Assembly (NCBI GenBank): GCA_024653945.1
Contig: JANLIT010000002.1
Location: 11,940-75,939 of the forward strand
Direction of reading: 5' to 3'
DNA length: 64,000 nucleotides
From: Candidatus Campbellbacteria bacterium
GTDB lineage: Bacteria > Patescibacteriota > Minisyncoccia > Phycocordibacterales > EsbW-18
Below, piece after piece: positions 36,913-46,767 of the stretch (its first letter is position 1; the number at the start of each line of letters is the position of its first letter). Under the pieces are notes generated by a model that saw only the letters and a program-made list of their open reading frames with translations, had not been told where the DNA came from and ran no database searches. Made by a program: the position numbers and the translations under genes.

Positions 36913-37485
36913 TTATTTTTTAGCTGGTGTCTTCTTTGCTTTCACTTCTCCCGCTTTCTTAAAGGGAATGCCGATGTATTCAAGGTATTTCTCTGCTGTT
37001 TCTTTATTCTTTGCAGTCGTTACGATACTTACCGCGAGACCAAACACATCTCGAATTTCTTCGTCAGCTGTTTCAGGGAAAATAGTGTGCTCCTTAATAC
37101 CAATTGTGATGTTTCCCATCGGATCAATAGAATCGCGCTCAATACCACGAAAGTCGCGGGTACGAGGAAGTGCAATGTTGATGAGGCGGTCAAGAAAATC
37201 GTACATGCGGTCACCACGAAGTGTAATTTGGTATCCAATCACTTGTCCTTCGCGAAGTTTAAATGATGCAATTGATTTCTTAGCAACACGTCCAGCTGGT
37301 TTCTGTCCGGTAATCTTCATCAAACGGTCTTGAATCACTTCAATCTTGTTTTTGTCCTTTGCTGAACCCGTACCAACAGACACAATGACCTTGGAAACAC
37401 GGGGAACGGCCATCGGGTTTTTTACACCCAGTGTTTCTTTGAGGGCCTCAAATGCTTTATTCTGTTTTTCTTTTACGGTAAGCAT
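36913..37485 (-). CDS. rplE: 50S ribosomal protein L5
   Basis: 190 aa, L5 family. Confidence 0.9.
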   Translation of the reverse strand: MLTVKEKQNKAFEALKETLGVKNPMAVPRVSKVIVSVGTGSAKDKNKIEVIQDRLMKITGQKPAGRVAKKSIASFKLREGQVIGYQITLRGDRMYDFLDRLINIALPRTRDFRGIERDSIDPMGNITIGIKEHTIFPETADEEIRDVFGLAVSIVTTAKNKETAEKYLEYIGIPFKKAGEVKAKKTPAKK

Positions 37486-37490
37486 ATCTT

Positions 37491-37606
37491 TTTAAATCCG
37501 AAATCCGAATATCGAAATCCGAAACAATATCTAATTTCTAAGGTTTTAAACATTTGAACATTCATACTTTGTGTTTGTTTCGAGTTTCGTACTTCGATAT
37601 TCGTAC
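37491..37606. repeat. ~130-bp r-protein leader repeat upstream of rplE
   Basis: aaatccgaaatccgaatatcgaaatccgaaacaatatctaatttctaaggttttaaacatttgaacattcatactttgtgtttgtttcgagtttcgtacttcgatattcgtactt. Confidence 0.65.
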
Positions 37607-37822
37607 TTATATCTTCTTTACATTTGAAACGTGCAACGGCATCGACTTCTCAATAATCTGTCCTTTTTGGCTTCCCTTGCGTGCTTTCTGGTGTCGTTTT
37701 GATTTGTTAATTCCTTCAACAACAACCATGTCTTTCTTTGGCAACGCACGAAGAATCGTGCCCGTGGCACCCTTATCTTTTCCCGTCAATACTTTTATTT
37801 TGTCTCCTTTTTTAACGTGCAT
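37607..37822 (-). CDS. rplX: 50S ribosomal protein L24
   Basis: MHVKKGDKIKVLTGKDKG..G.I; ATG at 37822 (the track ORF extends spuriously into the repeat). Confidence 0.85.
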   Translation of the reverse strand: MHVKKGDKIKVLTGKDKGATGTILRALPKKDMVVVEGINKSKRHQKARKGSQKGQIIEKSMPLHVSNVKKI

Positions 37823-37955
37823 ATTTTTTAAATCCGAAATCCGAATGTCGAAATCCGAAACAAATTCGAAATCATGAGTGTTGGGGTTTTTAACATTTGA
37901 ACATTCATATTTTGTGCTTGTTTCGAGCTTCGTGCTTCGATATTCGTGCTTATTC
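37823..37955. repeat. ~130-bp r-protein leader repeat upstream of rplX
   Basis: near-identical to 39441-39570. Confidence 0.65.
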
Positions 37956-38327
37956 TTATACCACTTCCGGTGCCATTGAAACAATCTTTTGAAAACCGTG
38001 GTCGGCGAGTTCACGTGGAACGGGGCCAAAGATTCGGTTTGCCTTTGGCTCTGGCTTTATCTTATCAACAAGCACAACTGCATTTTCATCAAAACGAACG
38101 TACGAACCATCTTTACGACGAAATGCCTTTGTCTGACGAACAACCACCGCATGTACGACGTCTTTCTTTTTTGTTGCCTTACGAGGTTGTGCAACTTGAA
38201 TTGAAATAACCACCTTATCTCCAATCTCTGCGTAACGGCGCTTTGAACCACCGAGCACTTTGAATACACGTCCGAGAGTTCCTCCGGAGTTATCAGCTAT
38301 CACAACAATTGAACGTGGTTGAATCAT
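37956..38327 (-). CDS. rplN: 50S ribosomal protein L14
   Basis: MIQPRSIVVIADNSGG.. Confidence 0.9.
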   Translation of the reverse strand: MIQPRSIVVIADNSGGTLGRVFKVLGGSKRRYAEIGDKVVISIQVAQPRKATKKKDVVHAVVVRQTKAFRRKDGSYVRFDENAVVLVDKIKPEPKANRIFGPVPRELADHGFQKIVSMAPEVV

Positions 38328-38438
38328 AAATAATAGGGGTTGGGGGTTAGTAGTTGGTGGTTAGTGATTAGTTTTTGTTTGGTGGTTGGATTTGGTTTGT
38401 TTTTCCTAACGGTCAAACCAATGACCAACTTCTCATTC

Positions 38439-38690
38439 CTAACTTCTAACATCCATTACTTTGAAATGTTTATCTTTTGAAATTGGCCGTGTTGCAACAA
38501 TCGTTACCTTGTCTCCAATGTGCTTTGTGTTGCCAGCATCGTGTGCCTTAAACTTCTTGTGCTTGGTTACATACTTTCCATACTTTGGATCTTTGATGTA
38601 ACGCTCAACAAGCACCACAATAGTGTCTTTCATTTTATCTGACACAACTATGCCGACGAGTGTTTTTTGTTTTATTTCTTGTGTGTCCAT
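38439..38690 (-). CDS. rpsQ: 30S ribosomal protein S17
   Basis: ..KTLVGIVVSDKM.DTIVV.VER.. Confidence 0.9.
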   Translation of the reverse strand: MDTQEIKQKTLVGIVVSDKMKDTIVVLVERYIKDPKYGKYVTKHKKFKAHDAGNTKHIGDKVTIVATRPISKDKHFKVMDVRS

Positions 38691-38784
38691 ATAAAGTGGA
38701 GGTTGGAAGTTTGAGGTTGGTGATTGGTTTTAGTTTAGTATAGTTTTTGCTACTTGCTATTTGTCATTTGTCATTTGTCATTTG

Positions 38785-39003
38785 TTATTTATTGCCTCTA
38801 CTCGTAAGTTCTGTAAGCGCGCGGGCAACATCTTTCTTACTCTCTCGCATCTTCTTCACATCACGGCCTTTACTTCCTGACATTGCGAACCTATCTTGCC
38901 GTAGTGCTTCTCGCTTCTCAGCGATAAGAACCATGAGTTCAGTATCGTTTTTCTTTTGTATGTCAGTTGTTTTGGTCATGTTCGGGTATACTACAGTGCG
39001 CAT
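38785..39003 (-). CDS. rpmC: 50S ribosomal protein L29
   Basis: 72 aa helical; ..ELMVLIAEKREALRQDRF.. Confidence 0.85.
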   Translation of the reverse strand: MRTVVYPNMTKTTDIQKKNDTELMVLIAEKREALRQDRFAMSGSKGRDVKKMRESKKDVARALTELTSRGNK

Positions 39004-39017
39004 CTACTCTCCGCAAG

Positions 39018-39440
39018 CTAACGGCTTCGTGTCATAATCTTTGTTTTCAGTGGCATTTTTGCACCACCTTTGCGCAACACTTCTCGCGCAATCTCTTCAG
39101 ACACACCGTCTACTTCAAACAAAACGCGTCCTTGGAAAATTTCAACAACAAATCCTTTTGGATCTCCTTTTCCCTTACCCATACCTACTTCTGCACCTTT
39201 TGCTGTGTAGGGTCGGTCTGGAAACACGCGTGTCCAAAGGTTTCCGTTCTTACCAAGGGCTCGGCGTATAACACGACGAGATGCTTCAATCTGATTTGAG
39301 GTAACTCGTGATGAAGACATTGCCTTCAAACCAAAAGAACCAAATGCAAGTGTTGCTCCACGTGTTGCAGTAATAACCTTCTTGGGGTTTTGGCGTTTGG
39401 TTTGCCACTTTCGGTATTTAACTTTTTTAGGAAATAACAT
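39018..39440 (-). CDS. rplP: 50S ribosomal protein L16
   Basis: MLFPKKVKYRKWQTKR.. Confidence 0.9.
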   Translation of the reverse strand: MLFPKKVKYRKWQTKRQNPKKVITATRGATLAFGSFGLKAMSSSRVTSNQIEASRRVIRRALGKNGNLWTRVFPDRPYTAKGAEVGMGKGKGDPKGFVVEIFQGRVLFEVDGVSEEIAREVLRKGGAKMPLKTKIMTRSR

Positions 39441-39570
39441 ATATTTTTTTAAATTCGAAATCCGAATGTCGAAATCCGAAACAAATTCGAAATCATGAGT
39501 GTTGGGGTTTTAAACATTTGAACATTCATACTTTGTGCTTGTTTCGAGTTTCGTACTTCGATATTCGTGC
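39441..39570. repeat. ~130-bp r-protein leader repeat upstream of rplP
   Basis: tttttaaattcgaaatccgaatgtcgaaatccgaaacaaattcgaaatcatgagtgttggggttttaaacatttgaacattcatactttgtgcttgtttcgagtttcgtacttcgatattcgtgcttat. Confidence 0.65.
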
Positions 39571-40230
39571 TTATTTCTTGTCAAAGATATCCCCACGGTA
39601 AATCCACACACGGATACCAATCTGACCTTGTGGAATGTGTGCCTCATCATGTGCATAATCAATATCTGCACGGAATGTCTGCAACGGAATACGCCCACGC
39701 TTAATCTGTTCACGGCGTGCCATGTCAGATCCGCCGAGACGTCCTGAAAGATGAATACGGACTCCTTGTACGTCACGGTTTGCCATAACTTTCTCAACCG
39801 TCTGTTTCAACACACGACGAAATGGTGTTCGTTTCTCAATTCCTTCAACTGCCATCGCAGCCACAATTGCCGCGTGCGATTCGGGAGATTTTATTTCTTC
39901 AACTTCAAGTTTGAGTGTGTCCGCACTTGCAAGTTTGTTCTTAAGAACAAACGTGTCCAATTCTTTCTTGAGTTTTGCGATACCCTCACCAGAACGTCCA
40001 ATGATAAGACCGGGACGAGATGTTTTGATGACGATACGCAACTGTGAGTTACGTCGTTCGATATCCACACCACTCACATACATCATACGCGTAAGCTGTG
40101 TAATTTTTCGACGAAGTAACACGTCGGTTCGGAGAAACTTTTGATATTCACCCGCACGAGCAAACCATCGTGATTGCCAATCACGCAAGATACCTAGACG
40201 GTGTGCAAATGGATGTACTCGATGTGTCAT
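39571..40230 (-). CDS. rpsC: 30S ribosomal protein S3
   Basis: KH domain ..IIGRSGEGI..; 219 aa. Confidence 0.9.
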   Translation of the reverse strand: MTHRVHPFAHRLGILRDWQSRWFARAGEYQKFLRTDVLLRRKITQLTRMMYVSGVDIERRNSQLRIVIKTSRPGLIIGRSGEGIAKLKKELDTFVLKNKLASADTLKLEVEEIKSPESHAAIVAAMAVEGIEKRTPFRRVLKQTVEKVMANRDVQGVRIHLSGRLGGSDMARREQIKRGRIPLQTFRADIDYAHDEAHIPQGQIGIRVWIYRGDIFDKK

Positions 40231-40269
40231 ATAATAATTAATTTCAAAGTTACAATATCAAATTTCAAA

Positions 40270-40674
40270 TTATTTTACTGTTTTCTTTACTGTCTTTTTT
40301 GATGCGCTCTTTTTGACATTTGTTTTTTGAACTTTGTCATTTTTTAACTCTTGTACTGCAAGAGTTAAAATAATATTACTTGAGTGCTTATCAATCTTTG
40401 ATGAGCGACCTTGGGCACGTGGAAGTGATCGGTGCATTGTCAAACCCTTATCAACGCGAAATTCTTTTATAACCAAAGATCCTGTATCTGTAACACCGTG
40501 TGTCTTTGCATTTGCAGCTGCGGAGTTAATCATTTTTGCGAGAGGACCTGTCGCTCGTTTCTGTGTAGCGTTCAAAAGGACAAGCGCACGTGCAACCGTC
40601 TTACCCTTAACCAAGTTCGCAACAAGGCGAACTTTTCGTGGTGACTGGCGGTAATTTTTCAAGTACGCTTTCAT
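40270..40674 (-). CDS. rplV: 50S ribosomal protein L22
   Basis: 134 aa L22 family. Confidence 0.9.
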   Translation of the reverse strand: MKAYLKNYRQSPRKVRLVANLVKGKTVARALVLLNATQKRATGPLAKMINSAAANAKTHGVTDTGSLVIKEFRVDKGLTMHRSLPRAQGRSSKIDKHSSNIILTLAVQELKNDKVQKTNVKKSASKKTVKKTVK

Positions 40675-40753
40675 ATAAAGTGGGGGTTGGAAGTTTGATG
40701 TTAGAGGTTGGATGAGTATTTTTGTTACACGTTACATGTCTTGTGGTACATGC

Positions 40754-41101
40754 TTACTTCTTCGCCACTGTTGCATCAGCTGCAGTTTTTGCTGATTTAG
40801 CTGCTGTAATTTCGGCATCCTTCTTTGCTGTATCAAGTGCTTTCTGCATTTGACCTCCGTGACGCTTAAATGTTTTTGATGGTGAAAATTCACCAAGACG
40901 GTGACCCACCATTTCCTCCGTTACAAACACATCAATGAATGACTTACCGTTGTGAACGGCAAATGTGTACCCAACCATCTCGGGTGAAATCACACTTGGG
41001 CGTGCCCACGTCTTAATAGGGCCATCTGTGGCTTTTTGCTTCGCAACCTTCTCCATAAGGCGAACGTTGAGATATGGTCCTTTTTTGAGTGACCGTGTCA
41101 T
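40754..41101 (-). CDS. rpsS: 30S ribosomal protein S19, with Ala/Lys-rich C-terminal tail
   Basis: [34 protein letters not shown]. Confidence 0.9.
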   Translation of the reverse strand: MTRSLKKGPYLNVRLMEKVAKQKATDGPIKTWARPSVISPEMVGYTFAVHNGKSFIDVFVTEEMVGHRLGEFSPSKTFKRHGGQMQKALDTAKKDAEITAAKSAKTAADATVAKK

Positions 41102-41222
41102 AGTGAATAAAAATCGGCCTCGTGGCCTTTGGAGATAATAGCAAAAAGTGAGCGGATGTCAAACCCACTCTTATGATTCGGCGACTTGAGTTAACCTCAG
41201 ATATTTTCCAACTTCTAATTTC

Positions 41223-41242
41223 CCTGCCTGCCGGCAGGCAGG
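41223..41242. repeat. perfect 20-bp GC palindrome CCTGCCTGCCGGCAGGCAGG in the rpsS leader
   Basis: identical to 33805-33824. Confidence 0.6.
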
Positions 41243-41375
41243 CAACCTCCATTATTTTAGACTTTTCCACAGGGGTTGCTTTTTTGTATTGATACGGTAT
41301 AGTGCTTGAGGATGTTATTACGAGCGCACATACCCTATCCGCGGTTCAGCGGGTGGGTTTCTGGAGGAAGTAGCT

Positions 41376-41579
41376 ATGTGCAAGAAGTTTGAAGTGGTGG
41401 AACAAGCCCATCGAGAAAAGCGTAGAATCCGAGTCACTGGGCCTGGAACCAACTTCACCGGCACCGTCGAGAAGGTTAACCCCTCTCTCCTTTCGGCCGA
41501 AATCAGAGGTGAGGGGACTCACACCCACTTCTTCGCTGGCGGAGAAAGCGCCCGCGACTTCACTGTCACGCTGGTCTAG
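41376..41579 (+). CDS. GC-rich small protein (67 aa) within the rpsS-rplB insertion
   Basis: SD GGAGGAAGTAGCT before the ATG; ~60% GC. Confidence 0.4.
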   Translation: MCKKFEVVEQAHREKRRIRVTGPGTNFTGTVEKVNPSLLSAEIRGEGTHTHFFAGGESARDFTVTLV

Positions 41580-41757
41580 CTCCACAGGGCCAGAACCAAG
41601 AACCCCAAAAAGGCGGCAATCCTACAAGGAAGCCGCCTTTACTCATTTCTGAAACATACAGAGTAAGTTTCTTTTTTATATTTAACGTACGGAGTGAACC
41701 CCGCCCTATATACAAACCCCGCCTGCAGTCTTGCGGGCGGGGTTACAACCAAGCAAT

Positions 41758-42150
41758 TCAGTGGACTGTTTCTCCTGACGGGTAAAACATCTTCCAGTAG
41801 TGACGTCCCATACCAGTAATGCAGAAGCATTGAACGAGAGATGTTCTCCCGAAGACTAGCCCAACGAACTCGGGCTGGCGCTGAAGGCTGAACTCCACCA
41901 ACCCATCGGTGCACATTGCCCGAAGTTCGAGCAGTATCTTTTCCTCAGTGGTCACCCTTAGAGCAACCAGTGGGGAGAACGCCCGAACCCTCTTCACCAA
42001 AGACGGGAGGGACATCCAATCGTCGGCAGCAACCAAATGCTTGAGAATTTCCTCTTTGAGAGTCGGGCCACTCTTCTTGCCCCAATCTTCTTCGAGAAGT
42101 TCCAAGGCTCCCCACAACAAGGTCCTTACCCTGTTCCAGTTTGTGGCCAT
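41758..42150 (-). CDS. GC-rich hypothetical protein (130 aa) within the rpsS-rplB insertion
   Basis: SD AAAGGAGACTCGAA before the ATG. Confidence 0.4.
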   Translation of the reverse strand: MATNWNRVRTLLWGALELLEEDWGKKSGPTLKEEILKHLVAADDWMSLPSLVKRVRAFSPLVALRVTTEEKILLELRAMCTDGLVEFSLQRQPEFVGLVFGRTSLVQCFCITGMGRHYWKMFYPSGETVH

Positions 42151-42279
42151 TTCGAGTCTCCTTTTTCTGGTTTAGTCTCGATAATCAAATCTGATAAAAA
42201 TGTAGCCGAAAATAAAGTCACTGTCAAGTTTTGTTGAACATCTGTTGACAATCTTTCAACAACAAACTATACTCATTTC

Positions 42280-43062
42280 ATGTCCCCTACTACAAAACTC
42301 CGTGAACTCGGACTCAATAACAAAGAAATCACTGTGTATCTCGCCTTACTCAAACACGGCCGACGAACACCTGCCGCACTCTCACAACTTACAAAGATAA
42401 ACCGTGCGACGGTATACAGTGTTGCAAGAAATCTACAATCAAAGGGTCTTATTGCTGAGGATATCAGCGGTCATTCTCGTTTCTTTCTACCCCTTCCTCC
42501 CAACAATTTGAATCAACTTATTGATCGCCCAAAACGTGAGCTACAAGAAAAGGAAGATCTTGTTCGCAACACCATTGAAGAGTTATACCAACTCGCTTCA
42601 GAACATGAATATCCTGTTCCAAAAATTCGTTTTGTCCAGGAAGGCGATCTCGAAGATTTTTTGTTTGGTAATACAGTGAGATGGGAGAAGAGTGCTCTGG
42701 AACAAGACGGAACATGGTGGGGCTTTCAAGACCATAGTTTTGTGGAGGTGTATGAAAAGTGGATTCACTGGTCGTGGACAACACTTGAGGGAAAGGATGT
42801 GCGTCACCGCGCAAAAATCATAACGAACACATCGGAAATTGAAAAAAGGTTGCAGCCAAAATATTCAAGAGAAAAGCGCGACATGAGATTTCTCCCTGGA
42901 GAAAAGTTCATGTCCACGATGTGGGTCGTCGGCGAATACGTTATTATGATTGCAACCAAACATCACCCGTTTTATCTCGTCGAGATTCATGATGTGTTAC
43001 TTGCGCACAACATGCGAGAAATGTTTAAAAAACTTTGGGGGCAAACTCGCGAAATTACCTAA
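42280..43062 (+). CDS. TrmB-family winged-helix transcriptional regulator
   Basis: N-terminal HTH LGLNNKEITVYLALLKHGRRTPAALSQLTKINRATVYSVARNLQSKGLI plus a ~170-aa C-terminal domain. Confidence 0.65.
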   Translation: MSPTTKLRELGLNNKEITVYLALLKHGRRTPAALSQLTKINRATVYSVARNLQSKGLIAEDISGHSRFFLPLPPNNLNQLIDRPKRELQEKEDLVRNTIEELYQLASEHEYPVPKIRFVQEGDLEDFLFGNTVRWEKSALEQDGTWWGFQDHSFVEVYEKWIHWSWTTLEGKDVRHRAKIITNTSEIEKRLQPKYSREKRDMRFLPGEKFMSTMWVVGEYVIMIATKHHPFYLVEIHDVLLAHNMREMFKKLWGQTREIT

Positions 43063-43101
43063 CACTAAAACACCTGCGGATATACCGCAGGTGTTTTAGT
43101 G

Positions 43102-43944
43102 TTATTTTTTCTTGCCGACGCGACGTCGTGTGACGATGAGGAAGTTTGAGTACTTCTTTGGCTTGCGTGTCTTGTGTCCCTTTCCGACGTTCTTTCCGTG
43201 TCGTGTGCGCGCTCGGCGGTGTCCACGTCCCTGACGGCCTTCTCCTCCTCCGTGTGGGTGGTCTACTGGGTTCATCGCTGTTCCACGTACCTTTGGTTTC
43301 TTTCCGAGCCATCGATTGCGTCCTGCCTTTCCGAGATTAACGAGTTTATTTTCTGGATTTGAAACTTCTCCGACTGATGCCCATGCGTTTTCAGATACTT
43401 TGCGGGTCTCCGTTGATGGCATTTTCAAAAGTGTATAGCCACCATCATGAGCAATCACTTCAGCAAATACTCCAGCACTTCGTGCAATCTTTGCCCCATC
43501 GTTTGGCTTTCCTTCAATGTTGTACACGAACGTACCAACAGGAATCTTTGCGAGTGGAAGTCGGTTTCCAGGAGTAACGGGTGCTTTTTCAGACGCGAGG
43601 AATGTTGCTCCAACTTTGAGCGACTGTGGTGCAAGAATGTATCGGCGTTCACCATCTGCATAGCAAATAAGTGCAATAAATCCTGAACGGTTTGGATCGT
43701 ACTCAATTGTTTCAACACGTGCAGGAATATCTTTTTTGTTGTATACAAAATCAACATCACGGAATGCTCGTTTGTGACCAGCACCGATACTGATTGTGGT
43801 ACGTCGCCCAAACGCATTGTGTCCAAAACTGCGTCGGAATCCTTTCGTGAGCGCCTTGTGTGGTTTTCCGGCAATCAAAAGCTTGCGGTATTCAATACCG
43901 GTCATTCCACGGCGTCCTGCACTTGTTGGTTTATAGTGTTTCAT
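43102..43944 (-). CDS. rplB: 50S ribosomal protein L2
   Basis: 280 aa; ..GNVLPL..IP.GT.VHNIE..PGKGA. Confidence 0.9.
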   Translation of the reverse strand: MKHYKPTSAGRRGMTGIEYRKLLIAGKPHKALTKGFRRSFGHNAFGRRTTISIGAGHKRAFRDVDFVYNKKDIPARVETIEYDPNRSGFIALICYADGERRYILAPQSLKVGATFLASEKAPVTPGNRLPLAKIPVGTFVYNIEGKPNDGAKIARSAGVFAEVIAHDGGYTLLKMPSTETRKVSENAWASVGEVSNPENKLVNLGKAGRNRWLGKKPKVRGTAMNPVDHPHGGGEGRQGRGHRRARTRHGKNVGKGHKTRKPKKYSNFLIVTRRRVGKKK

Positions 43945-44070
43945 AAAAATAAATCTGAAATTCGAATATCGAAATCCGAAACAATATCTAATTTCTAAAT
44001 TCTAAGGTTTTAAACATTTGAATATTCATATTTTGTGCTTGTTTCGTATTTCGAAATTCGTGCTTCGTAT
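43945..44070. repeat. ~130-bp r-protein leader repeat upstream of rplB
   Basis: aaatctgaaattcgaatatcgaaatccgaaacaatatctaatttctaaattctaaggttttaaacatttgaatattcatattttgtgcttgtttcgtatttcgaaattcgtgcttcgtat. Confidence 0.65.
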
Positions 44071-44532
44071 TTATACTATTTCGATAGTATCTCCCTTTTT
44101 AAGCGTTACGTACGCCTTCTTTCCACCCCCTACGGTTGCCGCTTTTCCACGTCGTGACAGTTTTACCTTTGTTGCAATCTTTGTCACGCGAACGTGTACT
44201 GGTGTGATACCGTACACATCTTTTATCGCGGATGCAATGAGACTCTTGTTTGCATATGACGCGACATCAAAGACATACACATTGTTTTGAGACACGCTCG
44301 TTGCTTTTTCAGTGATGCGTGGGCGCGTGAGAATATCTGCGTTTACTTTTCCAGACGCAATTGTTTGTTTGATTTTCTTTTCAGGTTGCTTTTTCTCTAC
44401 GGCAACAACTTTCTTTGGTGCGTCGTCATGAATATCGTCTTTCACGTGTACTGTGTCGGCAACAGCTTTGCGCGCAAACAAAGAGGTCTTTGCCTTTGCA
44501 CCGCTTGAGTTGTCTTTTTTTCGAAATAACAT
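44071..44532 (-). CDS. rplW: 50S ribosomal protein L23, with ~50-aa Lys-rich N-terminal extension
   Basis: core ..DILTRPRITEKATSV...KAYVTLKKGDTIE; start MLFRKK in the same context as the rplP start MLFPKK. Confidence 0.8.
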   Translation of the reverse strand: MLFRKKDNSSGAKAKTSLFARKAVADTVHVKDDIHDDAPKKVVAVEKKQPEKKIKQTIASGKVNADILTRPRITEKATSVSQNNVYVFDVASYANKSLIASAIKDVYGITPVHVRVTKIATKVKLSRRGKAATVGGGKKAYVTLKKGDTIEIV

Positions 44533-44664
44533 ATATTTTTTAAATTCGAAACCCGAATGTCGAAATCCGAAGCAGGTTCGAAATCATGGGCGTTTGGGTT
44601 TTAAATATTTGAACATTCATATTTTGTGTTTGTTTCGAGTTTCGTGTTTCGATATTCGTGTTTA
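44533..44664. repeat. ~130-bp r-protein leader repeat upstream of rplW
   Basis: tttttaaattcgaaacccgaatgtcgaaatccgaagcaggttcgaaatcatgggcgtttgggttttaaatatttgaacattcatattttgtgtttgtttcgagtttcgtgtttcgatattcgtgtttac. Confidence 0.65.
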
Positions 44665-45423
44665 CTACTGTTTCTTTTCAACCCACCGTTTTACGGCTTC
44701 ATCTGGATTAACCACAATGAGGTATGTGTATGTCATTGCGTCAACGGCATTGAGATTGCGAACCTCTTCAACGGCAACATTTCCTAGGTTTCTAAAGCTT
44801 TTCTTTACCATCTCGTCTGCTGTTGTTGTAAGAATGAGCGCTGCGTTTTGCTTTTTACCAATCATTTTTTCAAAACCTGCAATCTTTGAAAATACACCGA
44901 GAATATCTTTGGCTTCTGCTGTTTTTGGTGTACCAAATGTAATTGAGTCAACAAAGAGAATTTCTTTATCCTTAAGTTTGCGTGAGAGGACGCTGAAAAG
45001 AGCTGATGCGCGCATCTTTTTAGGAATCGTCACACTGTAATCCTTGTCTGAACGTGGGCCGTGAGTCACACCTCCTCCCTTCCATAATGGAGAGCGGATT
45101 GAACCGTGACGTGCGCGTCCTGTTCCTTTTTGTCGCCATGGCTTTTTGCCTCCACCACGAACTTCACCGCGACCTTTTGTGTGAGCACCTGCACGACCTG
45201 CGCGTGCATTGTTCTGCATGCCGAGTACCACTTGGTGCACGAGGTCTGCGTTCCAATTCACACCAAAAATCTGCCCCGGAAGTGTAACGGTGCTTACCTC
45301 TTTTCCTTTGATATCAAAAATAGGAGCTTTCAAATCCTTGCCGTCTTTTGCAACAACAACCTTCTTTGGTTTGAGTGCCTTAGTTGTTTTTACTGTTTTC
45401 TTTTGTGCTGGTTTTTTTTCCAT
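44665..45423 (-). CDS. rplD: 50S ribosomal protein L4, with N-terminal extension
   Basis: 252 aa L4/L1e family. Confidence 0.9.
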   Translation of the reverse strand: MEKKPAQKKTVKTTKALKPKKVVVAKDGKDLKAPIFDIKGKEVSTVTLPGQIFGVNWNADLVHQVVLGMQNNARAGRAGAHTKGRGEVRGGGKKPWRQKGTGRARHGSIRSPLWKGGGVTHGPRSDKDYSVTIPKKMRASALFSVLSRKLKDKEILFVDSITFGTPKTAEAKDILGVFSKIAGFEKMIGKKQNAALILTTTADEMVKKSFRNLGNVAVEEVRNLNAVDAMTYTYLIVVNPDEAVKRWVEKKQ

Positions 45424-45464
45424 TTTGTTTGAATTCTTTGGAAGCTAAGCTTCCAAAAGGAAGC

Positions 45465-46103
45465 TTAGCTTCCCATCACTTCAACAACGGTACCACGTCG
45501 TCCTGGGACTGCTCCGGAAATAAAAATCTGTCCGTTTGCAACGTCAACGAGAAGAACCTTGAGGTTTTTAACCGTGATTCGGTCTCCACCCATACGTCCA
45601 CCCATACGACGTCCTTTCATAACACGCTGAACTCCACCAGCTCCGATTGAACCTGGCTCACGCTCAGAGTGTTTCTGTCCGTGTGTTCGGCGACCTCCTT
45701 TGAAACCGTGTCGCTTCACCACACCCTGAAAACCTTTTGATTTGGATGTACCTGAAACGGTCACTGTGTCGCCAGGAGTAAACACACCCGCATCAATCAT
45801 AGTCCCGAGTGGGAGTTCTGCAGGATCAGAAACCGGAAATTCCATAAATCCCGCAAACATACCCTTTGACTTTTGTGCGTTGTTCACATTTTTTTCTTTT
45901 CGTACGTCATACCCAACCTGCACAGCAGTGTACCCGTCAATATCTTTTGTTTTGATTTGTGTGACAACGGCAGGAGAAACACGAATAAGCGTTGCTGGGT
46001 GCACAACACCGTTGTCATCAAAGACTTGTGTCATTTCTTGTTTTGTTCCGACGAGAAATTTCATGAATTTGTTTTGAATACGAGTGAGCCCTGGCTCGGA
46101 CAC
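45465..46103 (-). CDS. rplC: 50S ribosomal protein L3
   Basis: ..KQEMTQVFDDNG...ATLIRVSPAVVTQIKT; 212 aa. Confidence 0.9.
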   Translation of the reverse strand: MSEPGLTRIQNKFMKFLVGTKQEMTQVFDDNGVVHPATLIRVSPAVVTQIKTKDIDGYTAVQVGYDVRKEKNVNNAQKSKGMFAGFMEFPVSDPAELPLGTMIDAGVFTPGDTVTVSGTSKSKGFQGVVKRHGFKGGRRTHGQKHSEREPGSIGAGGVQRVMKGRRMGGRMGGDRITVKNLKVLLVDVANGQIFISGAVPGRRGTVVEVMGS

Positions 46104-46297
46104 ATCCGAGCTAGGGCTCTAGTGTCCAGAGGTTCCTGTGGGAACATGGCGCATACGTGGGGACTACTATACACGACCACCTTTCAGAGTGCAAGTTCTC
46201 AGTGATAAAATACTTGACAAACATACTTTTCGTAGTACCATACACACCAGAACCTGACCGAAATGAATTCGGCAGAATTGACCTTTGGGAGGATGGG

Positions 46298-46603
46298 ATG
46301 ACGAAAAAACTCAACGGAAGGTTCATGGTGTTGCAGATGCGCCTAAACAAACTGCTCTTCGAGCAGATCAAGCTTAACGCTAGAGTTGCCACGTACGAGA
46401 CACAGAAGGCAACGGTGCGAGGAGAAATCAACTTCCTATTGCGTAGCCAGGGAGCGAGGACTATCTTGGGTGAAAGGGTCTATGCACTGATTGAGTCAAA
46501 CCACGCCGATGCATCTCAACGGGCCAGCGCAAACAATCTCGAAATCATGGGAATCATGATCGAGATGAACAAAGAGATTCCCGCACCCGATTCGAAACTC
46601 TGA
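46298..46603 (+). CDS. small hypothetical protein (~101 aa), cassette gene 1 between rplC and rpsJ
   Basis: SD GGGAGGATGGG before the ATG; followed by terminator cgaccagctagtacagctggtcgttttttt (46613-46650). Confidence 0.45.
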   Translation: MTKKLNGRFMVLQMRLNKLLFEQIKLNARVATYETQKATVRGEINFLLRSQGARTILGERVYALIESNHADASQRASANNLEIMGIMIEMNKEIPAPDSKL

Positions 46604-46767
46604 TGTCCACAACAACGCCTCGACCAGCTAGTACAGCTGGTCGTTTTTTTATCCAGCACTTAAAGTTAAGTGCTGGATTTATTCCGATTTGATTTTTGAT
46701 TGACAAGACACACCACAAAGAATATTGTTGCCCCAGAAATGTATCCCAACTCCAGAAAGGAGCGCGT

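Noticed and set aside
33740-38740. GGAGGTTGGAAGTTTGAGGTTGG motifs on the + strand considered as Shine-Dalgarno clusters
   Set aside because: The genes there are on the minus strand, so the mRNA carries the complement (CCAACCUCAAACUUCCAACCUCC), which cannot pair with the anti-SD. They are reinterpreted as G-less leaders.
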